A stretch of 64,000 bases of DNA from Octopus vulgaris (taxonomy: Eukaryota), in the NCBI GenBank assembly GCA_951406725.2, contig OX597827.1, positions 55,800,001-55,864,000 of the forward strand, read 5' to 3'. Positions within the stretch are counted from its first letter, which is position 1, and each line of letters opens with the position of its first letter. The notes beneath the pieces were generated by a model. That model saw only the letters and a program-made list of their open reading frames with translations, was not told the DNA's origin and ran no database searches. Below, in pieces: positions 1 to 14,435 of the stretch. A program made the translations under genes and the position numbers.

Positions 1-1014
1 ATTTCTGAGATCTGCTTTCGAAAGATTAATGAAAGTCTGTGTATCTGTCTATTGGAATTAAAAAGATCCAAAGACATTATCATTAGAAACCTTCCAAACA
101 AATCTATATTGTGTGTGTGTCTGCGTGTGTAAATGTGTATGTGTGCGCATCTCTGATTATGTGAGTGATTGTGTATGCATCTACATATATGTAATTATGT
201 ACATGTTAGCGTATATGTGTATATTTGAATATGTATGTGAGTGCATGTGTGTCAGTATACATGTGTCTCTGAATACATGTGCATGTGTGTGTGTGTGCAT
301 CTACACAGAGGTTGCTCTGTTTAAACATGTGTTAGTGCATGTGTAAGTGCGGACATATGCATGCTCTATCTCTAGGTATGCTTATGTGTGTGTGTGTGTG
401 TCTATGTGACCTTTAGAAACCTTTTATATACATAAATAGCTGGCAGATGAGACATACATGCCATTCTCCAAGAATATTAAACACATTCTTCAAAATCCCA
501 ACTGCTATGATCTATAACTAGATTAAGAAGGATCATCTTCATCTAGATCCGTTCATTTAATGCTCTCCCCACTATATCACTTCAAGGACCAGCTGCTCTC
601 ATACTTTAGTCTTCTCATAACAACCACTGCTGCTGCTTTCACCAAACTACTGCCACCACCATCACAACCACCATCGTCATCTAACCACCACTTCCAGCTT
701 TGATTGGTGTGAATGGCCTTTTCTATAAATCTACTACAGTTAGAATTCTTCTTTACCTACTCAAATTCCACACATAATGATTAATCTCTTCTTAGCACTA
801 CTTAGCAACATTCTCACAGAACTTCATCCCTCATCCATTGTTTCAAAGAATTAGTTCATCTATTTTGTCTCAGGTAGATTTCTCCCATTATTTCCTTCAA
901 CACCTAACCTAGCCTTCTCACCCACCTATCTGAATTGAATGATCTTATTTTGTTCTTAAGAATTACTTAGCATCAATATACTATGTCTTTCAATGAGATC
1001 CAAGTATTTTAGGG

Positions 1015-1315
1015 CAGTGGTTCTCAACCATTTTTTGCACATGGACTCCTTTGATTACTATTTTATTCTGGTGAACCCTCATCACCACTCGAAGATCAAA
1101 AATTAATTTTATAGATCTTTCTTTCAAAATTCCAATTCCGTTTTTCACACATCAAGTTGTGTATGCTGAACTATGTAAAACATTAGAGAAAAAAACCTAG
1201 GTGGTTTTTTTTTAATAAATACATCTTAAGTAACATTTTTTTATGGACCCTACTTTTTCACCCCCAGTTTACTATTTTGCTTGTATGGACCTCCAAAAGT
1301 CTTACTGGACCACTG
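1015..1315. mobile_element. hAT/Charlie-like MITE
   Basis: cagtggttctcaacc...gaccactg ends with 8-bp TSD ttttaggg/ttttagga. Related copy at about 42715-42958. Confidence 0.75.
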
Positions 1316-1651
1316 TTTTAGGAGAAAGTTACAGCAATGGTTTTCTGTTGCTTTTTGCCAGCTTATCTACAATTTACACAGCTAATCCGCTGCTTTCTCA
1401 AGTTTACTCTTGAAGCTCAAGGGCTATTTGGTTCTTAGGTAGAGAAATTGTTCACATGACACCAGGACACACCCTCCTCCAAGTTCTGTATGCCTTAGCC
1501 ACAGGATCATCTACAATTAAACCCATAACCTCGATAGATATTACCACCCTGGGCCAGAGCAGACCTGGGAGTAAAGGATACTAATGGTGAACTTCCGAGC
1601 TGGAACCTCATTATCAGATGCAGTTGAATGTCTTGCCCATAGTATTATTAC

Positions 1652-1682
1652 CTTATCACAAGAATTGTCATTAGAAGAAATT
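1652..1682 (-). CDS. Candidate 31-nt micro-exon
   Basis: Acceptor tatattttcag| and donor AAG|gtaata. Phase 2 entry gives RISSNDNSCDK, compatible with phase-2 exons A and B. Could be chance. Confidence 0.25.
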
Positions 1683-4230
1683 CTGAAAATATATCTTTAC
1701 ATCAGTTTCATTGAATAAACATAACATTATTGAGGCCAATAATGAAATGCTTAATAGCAACCTTATAAATTAAGCTTCCTGAATATTCAGATTTCAAGTG
1801 ATTGTGGGTGTGTCAGTTTATGTCGAAATTCTTTGTATGATCAGTGTTGTAGATATTACCATTTTATCTTTAATGTGAACTAGTCTAAAATTTAGAGACA
1901 GCAGAGTATTTGCTGAGGGAGATTTAGTTGGTATATTGAACAGATTAAGAACTTATGTAGAAGTTCCCCCATCTTGTTTATAGAAGAAGAGTGTTATAAC
2001 ATGTTCTTAATTTTCTTTTTGAAGGCTGAACACAGTTCTAGTAATTGTTTTGGATGGCCAAAGTCAGTTGTGATGGAGACAATCTTGTTCTCTTTCAATG
2101 TTATTTGTCTTAACAAGAAAAGCAATAAACTTAGATTTTTCTAGGTCTTCTACATTACTTTAAATGGATCAATATTATAGAATCAGTGTAAAACATCTTG
2201 TATTCAAACTCCTCAATTCACAGTACCACTTATTCCAACTCCTCTATTTGTAACTAGACTAACATATCACATACACAGCCAATGAGATTCATCTACTTTT
2301 AGCACTATAACCTGCAAGTTTGAGTTTAAAGGCTATAGTTATGCTGCTGTAGATCTTTTATATTATTTATTAAAGTAGTTACAAACAAACACTAGACAAA
2401 ACAAAATTTTAAAACAGACTGTTTTTGTCCAAAGGTTAAAAGGATATGAAAATAATAAACTATAAAAATATGATAAAAGAGCATCAGGAACATATATATA
2501 TTAAACAGAGAGGGACAAAACTATTTTTAGCACAACATAATAGCCAATTTCCTTACATAAATATTTAAAGAAAGTTTTGGTATAAAAACAGGATTTGAGA
2601 TAAGGTTATTATGTTTAGATTTATGAATGTATTTATGAAAAAACAAATAAATAAATAAGTTTTTAGTCTAACACAGCAAATATAACACAGACCAGACTGG
2701 TCTGCTATAGTTTTGATGTCCAGTAATAGAGTTTTAGCAAGGTTGACTGAGAAGTGCATAATAATATATAGCAGTTTATGTTTTGCTGAGCAGTTAGACA
2801 TTTTTCTCTAGCTAATATAGCATTTGAATTTGGACTTAAAGTTAATTTTCAGCACCTGTTCTTTATTTAAAAAAAAAGAGTATCTGAAAAGATATAACAT
2901 GAATTTCTTAATCAGAAGTTATTTAAGGTGGCTTTAAGCATTAATGGATTAGATCATTCATTCATTTGCTTATTTGTCATCATCATAAGTTTTGCTAAAA
3001 AAAGATTTTTTTCAATATAGACTGGATAACTTAGCAAACTCGGGCAGCTGAGTCAAATATTCAACCATTAATATTAAAGCTGAATTTTTATCCTTAAATA
3101 TTTAACCACAAAACAGCCACTTTATACACCACTCCATGTAGACCAAAAGCAAAGTCAAATTTACTTCTTTCATACCAATCAGATCTCTATAAAAACTGGT
3201 GTTTAGTTTGTTTTCATTAACATTAAAGCAAATGAGAAAGAAATCTACCTCTGAACTAGACACTAATCTAATGAAGATAACTTTCTCTAACAAAGATCAA
3301 AATTACGAAACAGTAGAATGGAAACCACGAAGCAATACATGCAAATATATTTCTCAACTTTCCACCTTCCAAGCTGTAGCTACTGAATCCGGTTCCTTGT
3401 TAATACAGTCTCTACCAACTTTTCAAAATCCTCCTGCCTGTCAATCCACAACTTAAAGGATTCTGTAAGCTGCTTTATCACACAGAAAGTCACCAGAAGT
3501 GCTGCTCACTTGGCCACACTGTAGTTAATCAAACATCCTTCCAAATCCTCTTCTTTCACTCTGTCAATCTCATACATTATACTTACAGTCATAAAATACA
3601 AAAATATCTCTGATCATGCTAATCCAGCAAAGGAACTAGTCACGATGGTGTTCATATCATAAATAAAGCAACCCAGAGCTGGCACTTATCCTGGCCAAAG
3701 TCTATAAGCTTTTTCTCTTTACAAAGATCCATTTCAACCTTTAGAAGGATGTTACCATGCATACTATTCACCAAAAAGAGCCAACCTCTCTGAGCCAGCC
3801 GACTAATACCCAATTGCCAGAATAGCAACAACAAATGCCAACATCATCACTATTTCTCTCAAGTAGTGACAAGCATGTAATATTAACATTCACAGACATA
3901 CATACACAGACTTCCTGCAGTTTCCATTTCTCAAATTCACTCATAAGGCATCAGTTGGGCTAGGGCTACAGTAGAAAACACTTAACCAAGGTACCATGCA
4001 GTAGGACCAAAACCAAAACTTCCTAACTACACACCCATGCTAGTCTTTTTATAGTAAAGTAGTGTATGTAATTCATTTGATGAATAAATGTGTCAATGAG
4101 TAACATCAGAGAAAATTGGTACGGAGAATGGGTCTGAATTATGTATCAGTTTACAGAGATTCACTAGTGCATGCATCCTTGTGTACATATTATATATACT
4201 CAACGGACGCTAAACGATGATGATGATATA

Positions 4231-5090
4231 CGAGGAGGTACCCAAAGTAACTGGCAATGTTCTCCATTGCAGTTCAGGCTTCTGCCAATAGAAGTCACTT
4301 GATGTGACCCTCAGGCATCAGTATGCCGACTGGCATTGTTGAGTGAAGTCATACTGCCACATGGTGCAACTTTGCAGTGCTTCGCCCCTGTTCGTCAATT
4401 TTTGCAATGGCTGAAACAAAGGAACAGTGTGCTTCCATGAAATTCTGTTTTCTACTGGGGAATACAGTGGCTGAAACAATTGCCATGCTTCAAACAACTT
4501 ACAAGACACTGTGCCATGAGCAAAACATGAGTTTACGAGTGGTTTTCATGCTTTAGAAATGGTTGCTTGTCGATTGAAGACCAATCTTGTTCAGGGAATC
4601 CATCAACCTCCTGAACAAATGAAAACATTATGAAAATTCATGAACTGATATTGGAGGACCATCACTGAACAATTGACAAACTTGTTGATATGACTGGTGT
4701 GTCCTGGAGCTCCAGCCAATAATTTTGAGCAAGGAATTGTGAATGAAAAGAGTTGCAGCAAAGTCTGTGTCTCACTTGCTCATGGAAGATCAAAAGCTGT
4801 CATGACTGAATGTGTGTTGTGAACTAAAACAATAGTTGGAAATTGATTTGGATCTTTTTTCAAAGGTCATCACTGGTGATGAAAGCTGGTGCTATGGAAT
4901 TTGCAGATGCGGAAGTGTTAAAAGGCATCATTTTGCAAGAGTTCCAGCACTGCTTCGAACAGTGGAAAACGCATTTGGGCTGATCCGTTGCTTCAACTGG
5001 AGAATACTTTGAAGATGATAAATGTACAAATAAAACTAAGTGAATAAAATAATATTGCAAAATTCTGGTTTCTTTTTGGTTGGCCCCTCG
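4231..5090 (+). mobile_element. Mariner transposon fossil, internally deleted
   Basis: TA-flanked TIRs cgaggagg.../...cccctcg. Broken transposase with VYEWFSCFRNG, MKRVAAK, VITGDESWCYG and C-terminal GEYFEDDK. Confidence 0.85.
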
Positions 5091-8000
5091 TATACTCAGA
5101 TGAAGTGGTAAGAAAGGATCTTCAGACATTAGGCCTCACAGAGGGGATGACTAGGGGCTGAGACCTCTTGTGGTTTGCTATGCTTGAGAAGACATGTCAA
5201 GCTAAGTAAAATTGTGGCTGTCTTTGCATACAGACACGTCCCCTATATCCCTCTTCAACTGAGTGATCTTAACCTTTGCAGGATTGTGGGTGCTGGTGTC
5301 ACATAAAAAGTACCTGTGCCAGTGCTACCCATCCTGGTGCCATGTGAAAGCACTGGTGCCATGTAAAAACACCCAGTACACTCTCTAAGGTGGTTGGCAT
5401 TAGGAAAGGCATCCAGCCCATAGAAACCATGCCAAGACAGACAGACACGGAGCCTAGGCAGCTCTTCAGCTGGCCATTTTCTGTCAAGCTGTCAAACCCA
5501 TGCAAAACGGACATTAAATAATGATGAGGATGATGATAATCTGCTTACAGGAATCACTGTTTCTAAAAAAATATTGCTTCTTAAAGCATGGATCATTCAA
5601 AGTATAATCCATTAGGAAGAAAAAAAACATAAAAACTTGTGCAAACAAGATATCAAATGCAAACAATTTGACAAATCACTCTTTAGAGAAATTTAATTGA
5701 ATTGAGATGTGATGTGGCTGCTGACATGTTCTTAGACAATAAATGTTGGTTGATTGATTGATTGGAATCTTTCATTGGCACTGATCAAATAAAGAATGGT
5801 ATACAATCAAGAAATAACCATTATAATACTTGCAGAAAAAAAACAAGTCATTTTTATATGTGGTTCAGCATACTCCTGGTTTAATTAGCTTTCTAGTTGA
5901 AACCAATTTCACATTTATGCTGAGCTAGTCAATCTTTGATAGGTTTATATCATAGACTATTTTATAATAGCACCCAAGATGGTACAGCAGTGACTGATGA
6001 TAAGACTTTAAGTATGAAATTTTTAATAAGCTCAAGACTTTCTCAAAAGTATCACTATTTAGTAGAAATGGAGAATAAAAAAAAATTATAGGTCCCAGCA
6101 GCATGTATCCATTTTAGCAGGAAAATATGTCCTGAGTTTATCCAGGATATTGACAATAGGTCCAGGACATCAATAATAGCTTCAGTTGGTTCACTGTCAA
6201 GCAGCTCAAGTTGATGGGATCTAGACATGTGGTGTATAAAGATAGAGGGCAGTCCAGCAAGACCAGGGAGAACAGTCATATTAAGAACAATTGCTGTGAA
6301 GTTAAAAAAAAATTAAAAACTACAATTAATATTCAGTAGATTTGGAGGAACTTCATTATTTTCCTCAAAGCCTCTATCAGAGGAAAACTTAAACTGGAGT
6401 TTTAGGTGAGCAGGGATTTATCAGACTGGAAGCATGAAACTTCCATAGTAATCAGTGTACCACTTTCAAATTCTTTCAGTCTGTCTATTTTAAGATCTAG
6501 TGGAATAAATAAAGACTGTTAAATCTCTTGGTGATTTATGCTAGTTTTTAGAATAACAAATTTAGCTAATGGGATAATTGTCCCTGAAAGTAGAAAGGAA
6601 GAAGAACAAATATATATGGTAAACAAGTAACTTAGTATGTGTCATGTATATTTATTACAGTGTTTCTACAGCTGGATGCCCTTCCTAACGCCAACCACTC
6701 CGTGAAAGCACCCACTACACTCACGGAGTGGTTGGCATTAGGAACGGCATCCAGCTGTAGAAACACTGCCAGATCAGACTGGAGCCTGGTGCAGCCTCCT
6801 GACTTCCCAGATCCCGGTCAAACTGTCCAACCTGTGCTAGCACAGAAAACGGATGTTAAATGATGATGATGATGATGTATATAAATATCATCATCATCAT
6901 CATTTGTTAATGTCCATTCTCTATGCCAGCATGGGTTGGACAGTTTGACAGGAGTTGATCAGCTGGAGAGCTGCCCAGGCTCCATTTGTTTGTTTTTGAA
7001 TGGTTTCTATGGCTGGATATCCTTCCTAATGCTGACCACTTCACAGAGTGCACTGGGTGCCTTTATGTGGCACCGGCACAGATGCTTTTACACAGCACTA
7101 GCACAGGCACTTTTACATGGCACCACCACAAGTGCTTTTATTGTGGCACCGGCACGAGCGCTTTTACATAGCACTGGCATGGGTGTTTTTAAACAACACC
7201 AGCACAGATACTTTTATATGCCACCAACACCCATGAGCCCACAACACTAAGATCTATTACCTGAGAGAGTGATGTAGAAGACATGCCTGTATGCAAGGAT
7301 ATCCATGATTTTACTTAGCTTGGTGTATCTTATAAATATACAATGTATAATACACACATACAATGTATATTTTATATCTAAGGCACAATGGGTATGTGAT
7401 TAAGTTACCAGGTTATTGACTTCACAGGCATAAATTCAAATTTAGCTATAGTTATTGGGTTGTGTTCTTGAGCAAGGTGCATAATTCTGATTGCCTTCAA
7501 ATCAGCTTGATCGCAATGAGCTCCTTTGCTTACTTCACATACAAGTGGCTAGCAGTGTCTAAAGGTGTCCAGCTATAAAATAAATTGCTCCAACAGTATC
7601 CAAAATTTAAATGTGGAAAAATGGAGATAAAACAGTGGAAAAGAGGAACTATTATCTAATAACAAGAATTTTCAAGAATACATCAAATATGACAAGTGAA
7701 ATAATGTTGGTCTATTTATTTTTTTTCCTTGATTCCAAATCAATCATTAATGATCATATTTGCTAGTAATGTAATGCTTATTTGCTCTATTACTGGCAGA
7801 TCAAGGTAGATCGAGCAACATTGATCAGGTGCCTCAGTATTGTGTTATAAAATGTCAATAGTCAGAGTCTATATGATAAACTTGTGTTTCCTGTTGAAAT
7901 GAGTATAATATTTAGATACAGCCATAGAATCATTGTTTTAGTAGTAGTGTATTCAAACACCCACCCACACCCCTACACATATCTGCATACACACTCACAT

Positions 8001-10973
8001 AAACTCTCTCTCTCTCTCTCTTTCTCTCAAGACACTGAAACACATCAATGAGAAAACTGAAGCTAATTTTTTTCCTTTCTAGCCGATTAAAGCATCATAT
8101 AATGAAATAATGATTTATTCAGTATACGCAAATAGCTTTGGCTAGGATTCAGTAGAGATCATTAACGGATGGTTGGCAAACAATATACGAAAAAGATAAA
8201 AACAAAAGACTAAATAAATAAAAGATAACCCACACACCCTCAAAACACATGCCATCTATCACAAACTGCCCGTGTCAGCATTTGCTGCAAAGGCAGTTGA
8301 TGAGAGCAAAGTGTGAAGAAAATGAAGAACAAGTTTATCCAATTTATTGGGTGAAGACCTCCACTGCTCTGAGGAAAGCTTTGTCAACAGGAGGTTTGAT
8401 CAATCTGATGGAGAAACCATTCAATATCAAAATATAGAATCATTAGTATAACACTCCAGCCTCTGGCATGTAGTTGCATTGTCTGATACTATTATGGCCT
8501 ATGCTCCTTGGAGTTAGGTGGGCTTGTGCCAACTTCGCTTAGTGATTCTCTTCCCCTCATCACCTCTGTTGTATCTATCCCACTCCCAAGCCTGCACTAG
8601 CCACTACATGCACCCCTTCCTTCCCAAAACCTCAACCTTCAGGAAATTCCCTTACTGCTCATGTCTTTCATACAAATGCTGACTTGCAAAAGTTAAAGAG
8701 GAACTCTAATGGCATCAATCTTATTGGTTTGAGAGGACCTGTAAAGACTATTGGCATTATCCCTTCCTCCAGACCCAGCAACTGAAAACAAAAAGCCTAA
8801 TGGGTAATTAGCATGGCTCTTAAAATTTTTACATTCTGAGTTCAAATCCTAGTAAATTAAATTTTGCCTTTCGTCCTTCCAGGGTGGATAAGTAGTTAAA
8901 ATCAAGTGCCAGCAAGGTACTAAGTCAATATATATCCCTAAAACAGATCCTAGATATGAATGGATAAAATCAGTGAAATCAGTTAAATATAATTTTATAG
9001 GAAGTCTAAAACAATGCCTAAAACTATGTAGACTAAAAGTGTATGAGTTCATCCATACACACCTATGCATGTGTGTGTACATATGCATGCATGTATGTGT
9101 TTACTTTATATCATTGTTCTTTGCTCTCTTTTTTTTATACACCTCTCTTCCATTCCACCCTCACATCTAATCACCTCACTTTTCTCCTTTTTCCTTCACT
9201 CTTCATGGCTTATCTTTTTATTCTTTTATTGCTTGCTCCTTCCATTCAATTTATTTTCACTTATAAATTAACAGGCTAAGATTTTAAATGAAATGGTATA
9301 AGGCATTATAAGCACCAAAACAGATCAACAGGTACACCAACATCAGTAGACTTGTGAACTCTCTTTTTTTTTTTTCCATTGCAAATTGTAGCTTATAACA
9401 CTTAATACCACTGCGTTCATTTTATTTTTAGTAATTCTCTCATTCAGTTACATTTAGTCCCCAGTGACTTTGCAAATAGAAGCAAATTTTGAAATTTTGA
9501 AAGCTGCTTGTTGATTCACACTGTTCTATGACAAAAGAGTTTTAAACTGCCATTAAGAAAACAGGTCCAGAAACACACCAAATAAGTAAGAAATGACAAG
9601 AGCACTCTTCCTTCGATTTTTTATATAGGCTTGTGGTCTCACATTTATAGGGGTTAAAGAGAATTTGTAATTCTCATTCCTTTCTTAAAAGTATTATTGG
9701 AATAAGACCATTTATTTTATATTGCAAGCAGACATCCTCAACTTAGAGTCTTCCTCTTCAGAGCCAGTAAATACTTCAGCCCCAAAACTACTGAACCTTA
9801 GCAAAACTCAAGAAAAACCCACAATGGAATAATATTCACACATGTGGGCTAGTGGATCTACTTCACACAAAGACATACATCCAACGAAAAGCTACTTGAC
9901 TGATTGGTATCAAATCATACACATATACACCCAATCTCTGGTTCACAAAATGCTGCAGTTTCTCATTTTGCCTTTTCTAGTGCTACTAATGTTGGAGATG
10001 CTGCACAGCAGTGACTGGATTCGGAATCACTTTCAACTGGGCACTCCTGATTTGATTGTTTCACCTCCTCTTATTCTCCATATTGTGTCCTGACCCTCCC
10101 GCCAAAATCATTTCTCCCCATGGTTTCAGCCCTCTGCAGTTCCCTCCCTGAAATTGTTGACTTCCATCAGGTCAAGTGAAATATCAACAGTGTCAATCTC
10201 ACTGGTCATGGAGGGCACAAAAAGTGCAGCCCTTTCCTCCAAAACAGCCTAAGACCTAATCAATGTTTAAAAAGCAGTAAAGATGTGAAACCACTGAGAT
10301 GTGATACTAACAGATATTAAGATCACAAAACTAACAATTATAGGTTAGCATAAATAATGTGAAAAAAAAAAAAAAGAAAATTGGATTGTTGATATGATGT
10401 TTGTATAAAGAACAAAGAATCAGGTTTGTTGCTTTTCAAATAATGAATGCTTCAAAATGAAGATAACTTCTTGAGATTATATGATCTTCAAAGGAAGATT
10501 ATATCAAAGCCGTTTCTCCATAGTGTTTCTCAAACAAATATAACACAAGATAGTGTGTTCTTTTAACAGCTGGATCATCTAACGAATGTAGAATTTATCC
10601 CCACTCAGTAATACAACAAAACACTTGTATCATAGTTTGAACTCATGAGTTATGAACTGCTAACCAAATATTTTATCTACTTGGCTATTTCATCACTTTT
10701 ATGGTACTTTTGTTTTGGAAGTTCATATTTTTTTTAGTTCAAATATTGTAAATATTGATTTTACTATTTCATATTTCCTTATAAGAATAAAATAATCAGA
10801 CAGAAATGCTGAGGGGTTGATTCTATTAGTTATATACTTTTCTTCTTACAGAATGTTTCTCATAATTGGTCAAAGGAAATCATTGATTAATTGACGACAA
10901 TTCACTCAGCTGGGAAGACAAAAAGATAGAAAGGAAATCGTCAATACCGTTTGAAGCTGGTAGTATATATCAA

Positions 10974-11004
<31 letters not shown>

Positions 11005-11907
11005 AAGAGAGAGAGTTAATGTGCGTGCAGTTCTGGTACCATACTACAGATTATAGCCAATGATAAAAGTACAATTTTTCAATGCTATTCCAATTTAAGG
11101 AAGGTGAAGAGAGATGAAAAAAAAAAGAGATTTCATATAAAAACTTGCTAAATGCTAAATTCAGGCTTGCCTCCAAGTGTTCATGAATTGCTTGCACCAA
11201 TACAAAACAAGAGAAAGAAAGATTATCGAAAAAGAAAAAAAAAATAACAAAACAGATGCTGACTTGACTGACAGTCAGACAAACAGGTTGATGGTGAAAG
11301 CAAAGAGGATCTATTGAAAGTCAAACCAAGCAAGACACACAACCTGTCTGGTCGAAAAGATAGATATTAAATTACTAGTACTTAATGGTGTTTTGTTGCA
11401 GTACTACAATGCGCTATAGAACATACATATACGTACTGTACTACAGAACATACATAAGACCACTAGGCCACGTGCCCTGTGAGGGCATGTGGCTTAGTGC
11501 TTAGGGTGTTGCACTCATGGTCACAAGATCGTGGCTTCAATTCCTGGACCTGGCAATCTATTGTATTTTTGAGTAAAATACCTCTTTTTATACTGCTCTA
11601 CAATCACTTCAACATTTGATGTATGGCACACCATGCACTTGTATATAGGACTTGTATATAGGTAATGTTGATTTGATAGAAGGAGTGAACTATCACATAA
11701 CACAAACATTTACTCTTTTACTCGTTTCAGTCATTTGACTGCAGCCATGCTGGAGCACTGCCTTTAGTTGAGCAAATCGACCCTAGGACTTATTCTTTGT
11801 AAGCCTAGTACTTATTCTCTCTTTTGTCGAACCACTAAGTTACGGGGATGTAAAAACACCAGCATCGGTTGTCAAGTGATGTTGGGGGAACAAACACAGA
11901 CACACAA

Positions 11908-11938
<31 letters not shown>

Positions 11939-12229
11939 CACATATACATATATACGACTGGCTTCTTTCAGTTTCCGTCTACCAAATCCACTCACAAGGC
12001 TTTGGTCGGCCCGAGGCTATAGTTGAAGACACTTGCCCAAGGTGCCACACAGTGGGACTGAACCCGGAACCATGTGCTTGGTAAGCAAGCTACTTACCAC
12101 ACAGCCACTCCTGCACCTATTTGATCACTATAAACAATCTGTGCAGGTTGTTCAGCAAGAAATCACAGAATATTCATCTGTTGTCTACAACAGGAGAGTC
12201 CATAATTCATGATATAAATATTTTTTAAT

Positions 12230-12305
12230 TGGCTTCCCTGGCAGGGAATTGAACCCCAGTTTCCTGCATGACAAGCAGGGATACTTAGCACTTACTATAC
12301 TACTA
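12230..12305 (-). pseudogene. tRNA-Asp(GTC) pseudogene / retrocopy with encoded CCA
   Basis: Minus strand reads tagtatagtaagtgctaagtatccctgcttGTCatgcaggaaactggggttcaattccctgccagggaagCCA. This matches eukaryotic tRNA-Asp with CpG-decay substitutions and a degraded 5' acceptor strand. Confidence 0.8.
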
Positions 12306-12430
12306 TAAATTTTTAGCAACACTGTATGGACAGATAGATGTGAACACTTTGTTTTCATATACGATATCTTTGTGAATGGAAAAAGGGCATCTGCCAAACT
12401 GGTATCAACCCTGTGTTGAGGATTCATAAA

Positions 12431-12648
12431 CCCTTTAAGGCCAGGTGTGGTTTAGTGACACAACATGCTTTCTTCCACAGAGGACAGGTGTGGCTTACTG
12501 ACACACAGCTAAATTCTGATGACAGGTATGGTATATAATCCACATTTGTGTTATAAGTTATTTGATTGATTATCATCTTGTATTTTTACCTTTTTTTTTT
12601 TGGCATCCCACATAAAAAGACTAGCTGCTTATACCCAACCTTAAAGGG
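12431..12648. mobile_element. piggyBac-type MITE (third family)
   Basis: ccctttaagg / ccttaaaggg TIRs with taaa/ttaa flanks. Confidence 0.6.
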
Positions 12649-12799
12649 TTAAAGACCAAAGAAATATTATATGAAATTACTATATATAAAGATGTGTTTA
12701 TAGCTGTCTACACAGTGTTAGTAACGGACTCTACTGAAAAATTCTCTAATCCAGTATAGCATTGAAACAAATAACAAATTTGCAATTTATTAATCAAAC

Positions 12800-13745
12800 T
12801 TGCTGTAAGACTGTCTTCATATGTATAAATTGGTCTAATTTACTTAAGCCCTTTGTAATGTTGGGATTATAAGTAGAGACTGGATGCTGTCATTGATGAA
12901 ATCCCTACATAGGATTGAAACTAGGCCAGTTGAAATGTCTTTTTTGTTCATGAAGATACTACATATGAAGACGAGTTAAGATTTGTCTCTTATATAGTGT
13001 TGGCTAAAACTGATATTCTCTGAAGTATATATCATCATTTAACATGTACTTTTCAGTCCTAGCATGGGTTGGATGGAATTTGTGGAGGTGGGTTCTCTAG
13101 AGCCAGATACCCTACTGTCACCAACCCTCACCTATTTCCAAGCATGTTCCCTTATCTGTTCCCTTTGGCCAGATATATTTTCACAGAAGAGAGGAAATGA
13201 AGGGAACTGCTTACATAGCAGTGACATTTGTTTACAACTATCAGGGTAAGACACATACATACATATATATATATGATGGGCTTCTCTCAGTTTCTGTCAA
13301 CCAAATCCACTCACAAAGCTTTGGTCAGCCTGGGACTGTAATCAAAGACATTTGCCAAAGATGCTATGCAGTGGGATTGAACCTGAGACCATGTGGTTGG
13401 GAAAAAAACTTCTTGCCATACAGCCACATAATAACATTGAAACAAAACACTAATAGTGCACCAGTAATTTACTAACCAAGCCATCTGCCAAGAATGTATT
13501 ATATAAATTGGTCTATCTAATTTACTTAAGCCTTTAATGGTAATAGGTTTATAAGAAATGTCTGTGAGAACAGTTAAAGAGAATACTCAGCCACTCATGA
13601 AATCCTAACACAGTACTGAAAATAGCCTAACTGAAACCATTTTTTGCTTTTCTGTCTACAAAGATATTGTTTATGAAGACATGGCATTTACATTTGTTTA
13701 TGACATGTAGTTTGGTTAAAACCTATAAATATGTTCTACAGTACA
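12800..13745 (+). repeat. Old tandem duplication (about 12800-13015 vs 13490-13745) separated by SINE insertions
   Basis: Shared blocks tataaattggtcta, taatttacttaagcc, atgaaatcc, tatgaagac, ttgg(c/t)taaaac. Confidence 0.6.
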
Positions 13746-14046
13746 AAATAGTATTGGAGTAAAACACTATTAATGCACCAGCACTAAATAACTAAAATTG
13801 GTAATGATGCATTCCAGAAATAGCTGTATCCTCTTATTAGACTGAGTGCATTTTATGACACAGGTGGAGGGCAACAGTACACTAATGTTACTTATTTTGT
13901 CAGCCTTGAGAAATACGAGAGGCATGATTTTTCATTAAGAACTAAAAACCAACAAACAGCAAGGCTTGCCTCTTCACCTTCCCAATTTTAATATTTGAGA
14001 CACAAGGAGACACAAAAAACACATACGCACACATATATAAATATAT

Positions 14047-14435
14047 ATAAGAAAATGAGATGACAAAAGGAATAAATGATTATCTTATGAACTTCATTAG
14101 TATACAGTTGTTTCTGGTACAAGATGCAGTGAACGCATAGTTGAGTGCCCAAGTAACATCTTATAGCTTCATCAGAGCCTCAAATATGAGGTGTCCAATA
14201 CGAGGCTCCAATGAAGTTATTAGGTGTTATTCATGCACTCAACTACGAGTCCACTGCATCTTATAGCAGAAACAGCTGTAAGCTAATGAAGTTCATAAGA
14301 TAATCATTTATTCCTTTGTCATCTCATTTTCTTATTACCACTTTGTACTCAACTAATGCCTTGTTCTGAAGCAAATGTATATTGAGTTCTACATCAGGTT
14401 ATTGATCTTGCAATGCCAAAGTAAAATATCAAATA
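14047..14435. mobile_element. Fold-back Penelope-like/retrozyme-type element with two inverted hammerhead copies
   Basis: Imperfect inverted arms of about 135 bp (14047-14181 / 14202-14335) next to (TA)n. Consensus of the arms is ggct CTGATGA a gctataagatg...catcttatagc a GAAA cagctg TA agc. Confidence 0.7.

Noticed and set aside
5990-6045. CTGATGA...GAAA string
   Set aside because: Only weak AT pairing and no stem I; expected by chance in AT-rich DNA.
9650-10260. Coding-like composition on the minus strand
   Set aside because: Stops in all frames; probably a decayed transposon, but the family cannot be assigned.
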